The position numbers were made by a program, and so were the translations under genes. The notes beneath the pieces are model-generated. The model did no database searches, was not told the DNA's origin, and worked only from the letters and a program-made list of their open reading frames with translations. From positions 1-53,202 of the forward strand of contig NW_021834656.1 in the NCBI RefSeq assembly GCF_006345805.1: a stretch of 53,202 nt of DNA, in the 5' to 3' direction. The stretch comes from Octopus sinensis. Lineage: Eukaryota. This document shows positions 21,105-32,912 of the stretch, piece by piece; the first letter of the stretch is position 1, and the number at the start of each line of letters is the position of its first letter.

Positions 21105-21263
21105 CATACATGCAACGGGCTTCTTTCGGTTTCCGTCTACCAAATTCACTCAAAATGCTTTGGTTGTGTCGAGGCTATTGCCGAAGACACTTGACCATGG
21201 TGCCACGCACTGGGACTGAACCTGGAACTATGTGGTTGCAGAGCAAACTTCTTACCACGCAGC
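20788..21263 (-). mobile_element. SINE family A, older and longer variant
   Basis: Head (CTTACCACGCAGC, GGGACTGAACC), internal (CA)/(TA) tract, and tail TGTTTCAGTCAT with the GAAGAAT.TTT insert. Confidence 0.8.
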
Positions 21264-21639
21264 AATATTATTGAAAATATATAATCCTTTCTTTCTTTCT
21301 TTCTTTTTCCTTTATGGTTTCTGCCTTAGACACTAATTCCCAATGCTGTTGTTATACGAAACTACTGATTATAAATTATTACTGTATATTTTCTAATTGT
21401 TATTTATGTACCAACCAAGTAGAAAAATCAGTCGATTTAATCATCTGCATCTTTCCCCGAACTTGCAAACCCATTTGGTTATGTTCTTATACTTAAAATT
21501 CAACAGATTAGTAGAAATAAAATAACATAAAAGACAAAGAAAACCACTTCTAAATGACATCAAGTACCAGATGTAACCTGCATCTGAACACACTTACCAA
21601 AACCACCACATCTTTTAGCAAGCAATCGTATTATTTAGA

Positions 21640-22060
21640 TATATTATAAATATCGGATGCTTATTTCGTGGTTTGCTTCGAAGCTCAACGGGATGTTTCT
21701 TTTGGTAATAACTCATATAGTTATTCGACTTAATTATCTCAAGTTTTTCCACGTGTCACCAGCTTCGTTGTGTATTTTTCTAATAACAGTTTATTTAAGT
21801 TTCTCGTGATAAAAGCTCTGTTTGTTGATATTTCAGTGATGTACATTAAGGAATATATTTGGGTTTTATTGAAGAATTTTATATTTTCTCGCTTCTGTAG
21901 TGTTTTTTTAAGTTCATTTTATTCTTTCAAATTTTCTTTGTTTATATAATATTTTCCTTCGATAAATCAAGTTTGTTGACGAAATTGTTTTAAATACAGA
22001 GCTGTAAGAAATAGCGATAGACTTCACTCACAAAAAAATTGGTCAACCCCAGTATATTAA
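21640..22060 (-). other. Unassigned decayed sequence, paralogous to 24290-24730, possibly coding
   Basis: 47-bp block 21690-21736 vs 24352-24398 is 43/47 identical; TTTGTTGACGAAAT is shared at 21972 and 24655. Confidence 0.55.
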
Positions 22061-22169
22061 AGAAAAGATTTACGTAAGATACCAGCTAGCGGGCTCGAAT
22101 CAACAATAATGCTAACTCCACATGGAAACTTATCCGGGTATCATAAATTGGATTGGATTGGATTGCTTA

Positions 22170-22370
22170 TTTTCACTCCATTGTATGACTTCCATTCGGT
22201 GCAGCAGCTGCGGGCTGGAAGAGGTCTCGTGGCAGCCCAACCAGAAGTTTGGACGTGATTAGGAAAGGTATCCAGAGGCTCGGCGTTATCTTGGAGGATG
22301 CAGAGGGACTTGCACGGCACCGCCAATGATAGAGAGCACTGGTGGACCTGGTCCGCTTTACGCATGATAA
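22170..22370 (+). mobile_element. RTE-clade LINE ORF C-terminal fragment
   Basis: AGWKRSRGSPTRSLDVIRKGIQRLGVILEDAEGLARHRQ**RALVDLV resembles the RTE R.RGRP..W.D......LA.DR..WR terminus. Confidence 0.75.
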
Positions 22371-22611
22371 CGTTTCCGAAACCACTAACCTCAGATGACC
22401 CCAGTCCCAACAAATTACAGCACGAAGCAAGAAGCAAAAAGAAAGCAGACAGGGCGAAGGCCTCAGCAGGTTCTCTCCACCAATCACGGTCCAATACAGG
22501 GGCCTCGAATTTGAGCTTGGGATCATACTGGTTTGATGAGCCTAATCTGTAACATTGGTTCGATATGGTTAGGCAGAGGGGATGCTGTTTTTATGCTTAT
22601 ATCCAGAAGTA

Positions 22612-22783
22612 GTTAAGTCGATTACACCGACCCCTGTGCTCAACTGATACTTATTTTATCGACCTTGGAAGGATGAAAGGCAAAGTCCGTCTCCGTGGTG
22701 TTTGAGCTCAGGACGTATGATCGGACGAAATGCCCGTAAGCACTTAGCCCAGCGTTTTAACAACGATTCTGCCAGCTCGCTGC
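22612..22783 (-). mobile_element. Diverged SINE family B
   Basis: TTAAGTCGATTACA..ATCGACC..GGATGAAAGGCAAAGTC..TCTGCCAGCTCGC is the reverse complement of family B head and core. Confidence 0.75.
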
Positions 22784-22989
22784 ATAGCAAATAAATCTCC
22801 CAGAGTCAAACTTTTCACATTAGGAAAACCATCACAAAGTCCGAGCCTTGTTGCAATGCGATGGCTTGTGTTCTTCATCGACGCACAGAGCTTTGCCATC
22901 AGAGCGAAAGCACCCCGTAAGGCCTTACATGCTGGCAGGACGAAGGAATAAAAGCTTGGTTATTATGAACCACTTCATCCTAGATGTAA

Positions 22990-23652
22990 AAATGGATTTG
23001 TGTTGGACTAACAATCTGAGGACATGTACCGAGAGTGATAAAAATCAAACATCCAGTCAGCATCTTGGTGTTTGGAGCGATCACTAGTGATGGCGACGTT
23101 ATGCCTCCATTCATCTTCCCGCACGGCCTCAGACTTGACAAAGAGGCCTACATGAAGTGCTTGGAGAAAGTAGCGCTGGCCTGGGTCAAGACGGAGGCTG
23201 CTGTAAGACCCTATATCTGGCGATAGGACACTGCACCATGCCACACAAGCAGGAGAACCCAGTCATAACTCTCAGACAATTTCTGTGACCATATCACCCC
23301 TAACATCTGGCCACTTAAGTCCCTAAACTGCAACTCACTTAACTATTATGTGTGTGGCGCAGTTGAGAGAGAGACCAAAAAGCTCATTCTAACACCAAAA
23401 ATGAAATGAAGGCAAAGATTTTGGTGCATTCACCAACTTAAACAAGGAAACCGTTCAGAAGAGTAGCAGGAGATTCCGAAGTCGTCTGGAGGCCGTGGTT
23501 GAAGCCAATGACGATTTTATTGAATAAATTTACTCTTTAGTTTTTCAAGATATTTTTATGTAATTTTGGTAAATATATTTATTAAATTGAGATGTCAGTG
23601 TTATTTTCCTTTTTGCGTAATTTAGACAACATATTGTTTATTCACCGCACCA
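22990..23652 (+). mobile_element. maT (DD37D) Tc1/mariner transposase remnant with 3' TIR
   Basis: KIKHPVSILVFGAITSDGDVMPPFIFPHGLRL..YIWR*DTAPCHTSRRTQS*LSDNFCDHITPNIWPLKSLNCNSLNYYV..RFRSRLEAVVEANDDFIE* (stop at 23527). There are 37 residues between the D of DTAP and the residue aligned with the third D (here N). TIR-like TTTATTCACCGCACC precedes TA. Confidence 0.88.
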
Positions 23653-23685
23653 TATATGGATGCATATATTTGTATGTATATGTAT

Positions 23686-23726
<41 letters not shown>

Positions 23727-23799
23727 CATATATTTTTAATGATCTTGTTAATAATAATAAATAGTTGGTACAGAGGAAAGATTTCCACGAAGGACAAAG

Positions 23800-24050
23800 C
23801 AACCAAACACTGGGGTAGAGATATAAAGACTAACCGAACCGATATTTTTATCAAGGATAACCAAGAAAAGATATATCTCTTCATCGGTATATCTCTCCGA
23901 GACCACGGTAATCTATCTTTAAAAGAGGCGCAAAACTTATCCAAATGTAAAGATCTCAAAACAAAGGTCACCAGAATATAAGGTCCGGAAAACAGAATCA
24001 ATCTTTTTTTAATAAAAAGTACCTTGGCAATGATAAAAATATATGCAGAC
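23800..24050 (+). mobile_element. Restriction-like endonuclease (RLE) fragment of an R4/Dong-type non-LTR element
   Basis: DIKTNRTDIFIKDNQEKIYLFIGISLRDHGNLSLKEAQNLSKCKDLKTKVTRI* resembles the NRPDIVI.D....C.LIDVSIP.D.NV..KE.EKLSKYKDL RLE motif. Confidence 0.75.
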
Positions 24051-24289
24051 TAATCTCACTAAGGTAAATTCTTTCCGGTTTCAATAAGAAAATGTACCAG
24101 TAATGAACTCGGGTGACTTAATAGATTATAATTTTCTCCAATATTACAGAATTTGTGGTCATGGTGGAAGTCAATGGATACAATAAATCTTTTAAAAGCA
24201 TCAATTTAATTTTTAAACGGCATTCACTTGTTGATATAATTGTGCCTGTAATGTACTTATTAATACCATCATGTTTTCATAAGCTATCA

Positions 24290-24730
24290 TATAATGTAGA
24301 TATATTTCAAATATGAAATGTTTATTTCGTAGTTTGTTTAGGAAACGCAATGGGATGTTTCTCTTGATAATAACTCATACAGTTATTCCACTTAATTATG
24401 TGAAGCTTTTCGTAATATCGCTTATTTGTTTTTCCAATATCAGTTCGTTAATTTTTTTTTTTTTTTCCCTGATATACGCTTTGTTTTCAATACTTTTCAA
24501 ATGCACATTAAAATAGCTATGGTGAGATTTTATTTGATTTTATTCCATATTCCTTGGTTATTTTGCTTTCGAATTATCTTTATTCTCCTTCATACTTTTA
24601 TTGTGGCATATAAATTTCCTTTGGTTTTCAGCTTATTTTGTTCGAGCTATCACATTTGTTGACGAAATACCGTTAATATTTTTGCAGAAGTAAAGTCATG
24701 ATAAACTTCGTACTCAACTTATTGATCACC
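24290..24730 (-). other. Second paralogue of 21640-22060
   Basis: See the shared blocks above; same orientation, offset about 2.67 kb. Confidence 0.55.
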
Positions 24731-25449
24731 CAAGCCGAATCTTTGGTAAAAGACATTTGGCCAAGGTGCCAGTCAGTAGGATCGAATCAAAAATGTCAAG
24801 AGCCAACTTAGCGACCTCTGAATTGTAACTCGCTCTGCAACAAATAGCAGCTAAAACTCCCTTCAATAACGCCGTTACGCCTATAGTCTTAGAAATTGAT
24901 TCATTAAAGACGTGTGTCGTGGTTTATCGCGTCTGAAAAGAAGAGAGAAGTGGTCACGGTTTGGATGACATTGATCACATTTATACTCTGTGAGGATGGA
25001 CTTGGTGTTGCATGACCGCAGCAACGACAGCAGCGAGGGCTACAGATAAAAGATATCAAAGAAGAAGAGAAATTTAAATACCGTTTACTGTCAGAAGAAA
25101 TGCTGTTATGAAATTCAAAGAAAACGAAGCAGAGATATAGCGACCATAAAAGAGGAACGGAGATCAAATGCTTCTATCATTGTTTTTTTTAAAAAAAAAC
25201 GACTAGAGAAATGAGCGTGCCGATTAAATTAGAGATCCATGAAAGAACGACAGTTACAAGTACTTAAGAAGCATGAAGGTAGAAGAACTCTAGCAGACCT
25301 TTTTCTTTCAATTCAAGAACCGCTATTTTCTGTCAGACGTTGTTTTGCTATTTAAAGGTATCTTGAAGTTATCTCTCTTATATGCTTCTAGGTTTTAAGC
25401 ACTCGCGAAGGGAGATTTTTCTCTTCTAATTACATACGTAATCTTAACT

Positions 25450-25660
25450 GAAGGCACGTGGTTTAGTTGTTGTGGTATTTGGATCACGATTGTAAGGTCT
25501 TGAGTTCGATTCACTTTATTTCACATTGCTCTAGTCAACTCAGATGGCAAAAATGGGTAGTACCTGTACTCCAAAGGGCCAGCCTTGTCACATTCTGTGT
25601 CACGCTCAATCTCCTTGAGAACTACGTTAGGGGGTATACCTGTTTGTGGTGTATCACTGA
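25450..25660 (+). mobile_element. Diverged SINE family C variant (head 2, tail X), internally shortened
   Basis: GGCACGTGGTTTAGT..GAGTTCGATTC, CACTTTATTTCAC, and TACCTGTACTCCAAAGGGCCAGCCTTGTCACATTCTGTGTCACG. Confidence 0.7.
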
Positions 25661-25841
25661 TTTCCAATGCTTCTATATATGCCAAACGCTTCTAAATCCA
25701 GACAACTGAACCTTAAAGATGAGACTTTATAAGACAGTCTATTATTTTTTTCATCAATGGATTTTAAAGATAAGACCCGCTCTTAAATGCTTAAATTTAC
25801 TTCAATAATTTCGATATATTATTACTGGCATTATTCAACCA

Positions 25842-26030
25842 GAGAGATAGCAGAATGGTTAACACACTGGACGAATTTCTTAGCGATCTAAGTTCAAATT
25901 CCGGTGGGATCGACTTTGTCTTTCAACCTTCGGTATCGATAAAATAAATACCAGTTGAATATTGGGGTTGATGTAATTGACTTGTTCCCTCCCACCGCTG
26001 AGCTTGCTGGATTGTGCCAAAATCTGATAA
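25842..26030 (+). mobile_element. Old SINE family B-like copy
   Basis: AGCAGAATGGTTAAC..AGTTCAAATTCC..GACTTTGTCTTTCAACCTTCGG.ATCGATAAAATAAATACCAG. Confidence 0.6.
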
Positions 26031-26226
26031 TAACATTATTTTCCTGATTTGTAAGCAGTTACAGGGGGAATTCGTGTCTTCTAATTGCATGGATAATTTA
26101 AACTAATTAACGATTTTGATCTCACTCTAATACACATGCAAGAATATAAATCACTACTTCATGTTTCTTAAAGAAATACCCGGCTTCAATATTCAAACGC
26201 AGTATTTCTCTCATGCTAAGCTATAT

Positions 26227-26456
26227 ACTCTTTTACTTGTTTCAGTCATTTGACTGCGGCCATGCTGGAGCACTGCCTTTAGTCGAGCAAATCGGCCCCA
26301 GGACTTATTCTTTGTAAGCTTAGTAATTATTCTATCGGTCTCTTTTGCCGAACCGCTAAGTTACGGGGATATAAACACACCGCTACCGGTTGTCAAGCGA
26401 TGTTGTGGGAGACAAAAACAGACACACACAGACACACACAGACACACCAGACACAG

Positions 26457-26508
<52 letters not shown>

Positions 26509-26694
26509 ACACATATATATTATATATATATATATACGACGGGCATCTTTCAGTTTCCACCTGCCAAATCCACTCACATGGCTTTGGTTGGCCCGAGGCT
26601 ATAGTAGAAGACACTTGCCCAAGGTGCCAAGCAGCGGAAATGAACCCGGAACCATGTGGTTGGTAAGCAAGCTACTTACCACACAGCCACTCCT
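26227..26694 (-). mobile_element. SINE family A, full length
   Basis: Colinear with 6072-6480; expanded internal (CA)n. Confidence 0.92.
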
Positions 26695-27169
26695 GTTCAA
26701 AAACAATGATAGAAGCATTTGATCTCCGTTCCTCTCTTATGGATCGCTAACTCTCTGCTTCGTTTTCTTTGAATTTCATAACAGCATTTCTTCTGGCAGT
26801 AAACGCTATTTAAAATCCAAATAACAGCTTTCTAAGAACAATAAGTTTGCGGTAGTTACAGACGTATATTAGCATATTAACCGATCCCCAAATTTAGGAT
26901 TAACTTGAAATATTCATTGAGAATCACGGTAATCTGTGGTTTAGTGTTTTGTTTCATCGGGAGTTTGTAATCGAGTATTATACACATCTTTCTGTAATCA
27001 TCAAGAAAATATAATTCGAGGAAATGCGGAAGGAGATTAAAATATTGTATAATCACTGGCGATGATTATAATTATGTATGTGATTTATAAACATGAGCAT
27101 CGCCGGAAACTCGTTCATATGGCTGAGTACACACATGCACTCACTCACATACAAGCACACACGCACACG

Positions 27170-28138
27170 CTCTTCTCTCTCTTCTCGCTCTCCTTCTTTC
27201 TCTCTCTTCTCGCTCTCCTTCTTTCTCTCTCTTCTCGCTCTCCTTCTTTCTCTCTCTTCTCGCTCTCCTTCTTTCTCTCTCTTCTCGCTCTCCTTCTTCT
27301 CTCTCTTCTCGCTCTCCTTCTTTCTCTCTCTTCTCGCTCTCCTTCTTTCTCTCTCTTCTCGCTCTCCTTCTTTCTCTCTCTTCTCGTCTCCTCTTCTTCT
27401 CTCCTCTCTCGCTCTCCTTCTTCTCTCTCTTCTCGCTCTCCTTCTTTCTCTCTTTCTCTCCCTTTCGCTGCTCTCCTTCTTTCTCTCTCTTCTCTTCTCG
27501 CCTCGCCTTTCTTTTCTCTCTCTCTTCTCGCTCTCCTTCTTTCTCTCTCTTCTCGCTCTCCTTCTTTCTCTCTCTTCTCGCTCTCCTTCTTTCTCTCTCT
27601 TCTCTTCTCGCTCTCCTTCTTTCTCTCTCTCTTCTCGCTCTCCTTCTTCTCTCTCTTCTCGCTCTCCTTCTCTCTCTCTTCTCGCTCTCCTTCTTTCTCT
27701 CTCTTCTCGCTCTCCTTCTTTCTCTCTCTTCTCGCTCTCCTTCTTTCTCTCTCTTCTCGCTCTCCTTCTTTCTCTCTCTTCTCTCGCTTCCCTTCCTTCT
27801 CTCTTCTCTCTCTCTCTCTCGCTCTCCTTCTTTCTCTCTCTTCTCACTCTCCTTCTTTCTCTCTCTCTCTCGCTCTCCTTCTTTCTCTCTCTCTCGCTCT
27901 CCTTCTCTCTCTCTTCTCGCTCTCCTTCTTTCTCTCTCTTCTCGCTCTCCTTCTTTCTCTCTCTTCTCGCTCTCCTTCTTTCTCTCTCTTCTCGCTCTCC
28001 TTCTTTCTCTCTCTTCTCGCTCTCCTTCTTTCTCTCTCTTCTCGCTCTCCTTCTTTCTCTCTCTTCTCGCTCTCCTTCTCTCTCTCTTCTCGCTCTCCTT
28101 CTTTCTCTCTCTTCTCGCTCTCCTTCTTTCTCTCTCTT
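27170..28138. repeat. 25-bp pyrimidine-rich minisatellite (CTCTTCTCGCTCTCCTTCTTTCTCT), roughly 38 units
   Basis: CTTCTCG recurs at 27181, 27206 and 27231 (period 25) and continues with variants; the unit count is estimated from length. Confidence 0.95.
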
Positions 28139-28388
28139 ATGTACACAACACTGACTGTATGCTTGTTTAATACATGTGTGTGGTTGTGGTGTGTGTGCGT
28201 GTGTGCGTGCGCATAGGAGCGTGTACCCGTGAATTCGAGTGCTATATGTGTACATGTATATGGTAATGTCAGTTGGCATATATCAACGCCCTCACACAAA
28301 CAGAAGATGATATTATATAATACAGACACACACGCATATATACTCATATATAAGTATATACGTATATATGTACATGGACACATACGCA

Positions 28389-28587
<199 letters not shown>

Positions 28588-29076
28588 TTATATAAAAGTG
28601 TGCGAATGTGTGTGTGTGTGTTTTCAGACACATCCTCGCCCACATACATTCGCATTCACAAATATATCAGGTATTAGCGAATGGGGAATCTAGTAGCGAG
28701 ATCGGGAAGAAAGAAGAAAAAGGAACTTACGTGACAACGAGAAGGGGAGTTCACGAGAAAGGAGATTTACATGGAACTAGGAACGATGTCAAAGCGTACG
28801 AGATCGCGACTGGATGACACATACATACATACATACATACATACATACATACATACATACATACATACATACATACATACATACATACATACATGTATAC
28901 ATATATACATATACATATATACTTATACATACTTATATCAGAAACAAAGAGATAGATATATAGATAGACAGACAGATAGACAGACAGATAGATACATACA
29001 TATATACAAACATACATACATACATACATATCTATATGCATATATATATATACACATATATATATAAACCTACAAG

Positions 29077-29120
<44 letters not shown>

Positions 29121-30159
29121 CATATCTATACATATATATGTATTATACTATCATATTTTATAGATATGTACACATTATTTACTACACATGCGTATTTGTT
29201 ACCATTTAATATGTTTATATGTATATAATGTGTGTGAGTGCGCGCGTGTGTATGTATGTATGTATGTATGTATGTATGTATGTATGTATGTATGTATGTA
29301 GTATGTATGTATGCATGTATGTGTGTGTGTATGTATGTATGTATGTATGTATGTATGTATGTATGTATGTATAGGGAGAGAGTGACTGGATTAAGAGGAA
29401 AAGAACAAGGGATATAAAGATGGAGATAAAAAGATAGACAGATAGAGAGAGAGACGTGGGAAGAGAGAGAAAGAGAGAGAGAGACAGAGAGTGAAGGAGA
29501 AGGAAGGGATAAAGGAAGAAAAAAAGGAAAAACAACGAAAGAAACAAATAAAAGTGGGTGGGTTGTGTTCGAACGTCGATGGGGTTTTGATAGATTGGAA
29601 GGCATGGAGTGCAGTTTTAATCCAATTTCTAGAAACTGGAGCATATTAAGTAGTATGTTGGGGGAATAATGCTAGGTTTAACATCTACGAGAGATACATC
29701 AACGTAAATTGGTACAAATTTAAATTGGCAGCAAACACAAGAAGAAGAACAACAACAGCAATAACAGCATCAGCAGTAGCAGCGGCAGCAGCAGTATTCG
29801 TTGCAGCAACATCAAACTCAACAGCAACAACAGCAATTGCAAGAACTTGATGAAAACTACAGACGATAAGAAGAGGTAATTATCTGAGCAAGACGACCAT
29901 TAACAGCATTAACACGAACATTAATAACAATTGTGTTGATGGCGATAAGAACAACAACAGAGGCAACCGGTGTAATGTCATAAAAATTGAACAAAAGCAA
30001 CAATTCTAACAAGAAGGTTGAGAACAACAACAATGGCGACGATTGGCACAACTAGAACAATACAACAACAACAACCTAAATCAAACAAAAACAGCAAAAT
30101 GGAAGAAAAGGCAATGGTTCCAGCAGCAAGATCTTCAACCAACGAACAATGTTTAAATG

Positions 30160-30223
<64 letters not shown>

Positions 30224-30224
<1 letters not shown>

Positions 30225-30454
30225 TTAGGCATGATAAAAAAATATTCAGACAAATACATAACAAAAACACCAGGACTTACAAACACATATAACATACAGA
30301 AAATTGCACTACTAGGCACTGCACACATCCTACGCAGAACACTTTCCATACAATAACAATCAGAGCATCACAACAAATCACAGCACGTACCCAAGGCACA
30401 CAGAGCTGCGCTCGGTAGTGAAGTGAAAGCACGCTATAAAAATAAAACTACTGA
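30224..30454 (+). mobile_element. 5'-truncated R4/Dong-type LINE 3' end within (AAT)n
   Basis: LGMIKKYSDKYITKTPGLTNTYNIQKIALLGTAHILRRTLSIQ* (stop at 30356), a ~100-bp 3' UTR, and (AAT)n on both sides (30158-30223 and 30454-30510). Confidence 0.82.
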
Positions 30455-30466
30455 ATAATAATAATA

Positions 30467-30514
<48 letters not shown>

Positions 30515-30659
30515 GATAAGAATAGCAACGGGCGCAAGTGAAGTTTTACGCACATTAAAATGGTTTTAGGTCTTCCATTTTGATAGGAATTTGGGACAGT
30601 TATAAAAGAAAATAATCAACAAAAAATAACAAAATTCAATAAAATAAACAATATCTGTC

Positions 30660-30915
30660 ATCTTTTGCATGTTTCAGTCTTTAGACTGCGGCCATGTTGG
30701 GGCATCACTTTGAAGAAGTTTTAGTCGAAAGAATTTTTCTTTTTAAAGCTAGGTACATATTCTATCGGTCTCTTATGCCGAACTGCTTTCCAGCCACATG
30801 GTTTCGGGTTCAATCCCACTTTATGGCATCGTAGGCGAATCTCTTCTTTTATAGACGCTGGTGAACGAAAGCCTTGTGAGTGAATTTGGGAAACGGAGGA
30901 TGAAAGAAGCCCGTC

Positions 30916-30917
<2 letters not shown>
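30660..30917. mobile_element. Two SINE family A halves in opposite orientation
   Basis: 30660-30787 is the 3' half on the minus strand; 30790-30917 is the 5' half on the plus strand ending GAAAGAAGCCCGTCATA before (TA)n. Confidence 0.7.
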
Positions 30918-30997
<80 letters not shown>

Positions 30998-31006
30998 TAT
31001 ATATAT

Positions 31007-31039
<33 letters not shown>

Positions 31040-31101
31040 ATATGTATATATATATATATATGTCTGTGTGTGTGTGTATAACACATACACACATACACAC
31101 A

Positions 31102-31220
31102 CAGAGGGTATTTCAAAGTAAGGGATGCCTTTAACACTCTCCATTCCTTTCTCACCATCACACTGACAAACATATAAACTAACACAACTATAAAATGTTG
31201 GCAAAAATCCTTGATACACA
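31102..31220. repeat. 119-bp direct duplicate, copy 1
   Basis: 112/119 identical to 32794-32912 by manual alignment, no gaps. Confidence 0.9.
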
Positions 31221-31275
<55 letters not shown>

Positions 31276-31380
31276 TAAAATAGAATATCAGTGAAACGAT
31301 TATCCGCACCTGGTGAGTTATAATACAAAAAAATATTGAATAAAAGAAAGAAAATATACACAGTTTACATAGTTTTAATG

Positions 31381-31619
31381 TATTTTAAATGGTAGAGTAA
31401 TGTGATAGTCCACCGGTATCGCGTTTCGCTAATCAGGACATTTAAATTATTGTAATTTCGTGTTATCTTAAGAAGTTCATAGTCCATGCTCTTGCATATG
31501 AGTTTGAAGAACGTGGACTAAAAACTTCTTAAGAAAACACGAAATTGCGCTTATTTCAATGTCATGATTAGCGAAACGCGAAACCGGTTGACAGTCACAA
31601 TACCTTATCTTTTAAAATA
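31381..31619. mobile_element. Palindromic foldback MITE-like element (113-bp arms, 13-nt loop)
   Basis: 31381-31493 vs the reverse complement of 31507-31619 is ungapped and 93/113 identical. Confidence 0.85.
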
Positions 31620-31654
31620 TAATAAAATATATTGAAACTTTTATTAACATGTAA

Positions 31655-31973
31655 ACACGTGTGGCCTAGTGGTTAGGGTATTCGACTCATGATCATAAGG
31701 TCGTGTGTTCAATTCCGGGCGACGCGTTTTGTCCTTGAGCAAGACACTTTATTTCACGTTGTTCCAGTTCACTCTACTGACAAAAATTAGTAGTACCTGT
31801 ATTTCAAAGGGCCGGCCTTGTAAAATTCTGTGTCACGTTGAATCTCCCTGATAACTACGTTAAGGGTACACATGTCTGTGGAGTGCTCATCCACTTGCAC
31901 ATTAATTTCACGAACAACCTATTCCGTTGATCGGATTAACTGGAATCCCCGTCATTGTAACCGACAGTGTGCC
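31655..31973 (+). mobile_element. tRNA-derived SINE (head 2, tail X)
   Basis: GTGGCCTAGTGGTTAG, GTTCAATTCC, GAGCAAGACACTTTATTTCACGTTG, then the tail shared with 16210-16576. Confidence 0.88.
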
Positions 31974-32104
31974 TCTTTATATATATAATATATATGTATA
32001 TATATATTATATATATATATTATATATATATATATATATTATATATTATATATATATATATAGTGTGTGTGGTGTGTGTGTGTGTGCGTGCGTGTGTGTG
32101 TGTA

Positions 32105-32311
32105 TTCGTTCCCCACCACCGCTTGCCATCGGGCGTTGATGTATTTACGCTCCCGCGACGTAGGGGTCCGGAAAAAGGAACCGATTGAATAAGTACCAAG
32201 ATTTTTTAAAAAGTTAGAACTGGTGCTGATTCGTTCGACTAAAAATTCTCCCACGCAGAGCCCCAGCATGGCCGCAGGGTATGAGTGAAGCAAGTAAAAG
32301 ATAAAGAATAA
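32105..32311 (+). mobile_element. Old SINE family A 3' half
   Basis: CCGATTGAATAAGTACCA..CGACTAAAAATTCT..CCCCAGCATGGCCGCAG..AAGTAAAAGATAAAGAATA. Confidence 0.7.
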
Positions 32312-32793
32312 AGGATGCGATTTTGTTCCGAACACTGAAGTGTAAGGGACTACAAAGGAAGAAAAGAAGGGGCCAACATATTCAAAACATGTCGACTGAC
32401 ACAAAGTCCAGGGGAAAACAAGACTATGGTTATGTTCCAATAAGGAAGCAGTTTGAGGAAAGAAGCTATAACAGGAAAATAAGTTATGACTAACAGGAAG
32501 CTCAACCGAGAAACGATGCGTATTCGGGACTTGTATAAACAGGTTAATAAACGAAATATTTTATGCAGCAGTCGGTGTAGCTGTGATGGAAAGTGCGATC
32601 TACTCTTTATGAGATCTACTTGTATAGGAATATTGGAAGCGAAGCAAGGAAGTCGGTAAACAAATATACAGAAAAAACAAATATATTAGGAGATATAAGA
32701 AAATATCTATCGATCTGTACTGAACCCAGGAGCAACAAGACACAAGTGGAATAAAATAAGAGAGATAAATACTCAAGAAATATAACACAAACG

Positions 32794-32912
32794 CAGAGGG
32801 TATTTCAAAGTAAGGAATGCCTGTAACACTCTCCATTTTTTTCTCACCATCACACTGACAAACATATTAACTAACACAACCATAAAATATTGGCAAAAAT
32901 CCTTGATACACA
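32794..32912. repeat. 119-bp direct duplicate, copy 2
   Basis: See 31102-31220. Confidence 0.9.

Noticed and set aside
25040-25110. IKDIKEEEKFKY as a possible R4-type RT piece
   Set aside because: Similarity is limited to about 12 residues with no flanking motifs.
27053-28279. Longest ORFs in the window (408, 384 and 353 aa; R/E/K-rich or S/L-rich)
   Set aside because: They are translations of a 25-bp C/T minisatellite that lacks stop codons in several frames; no domain, no splice context.
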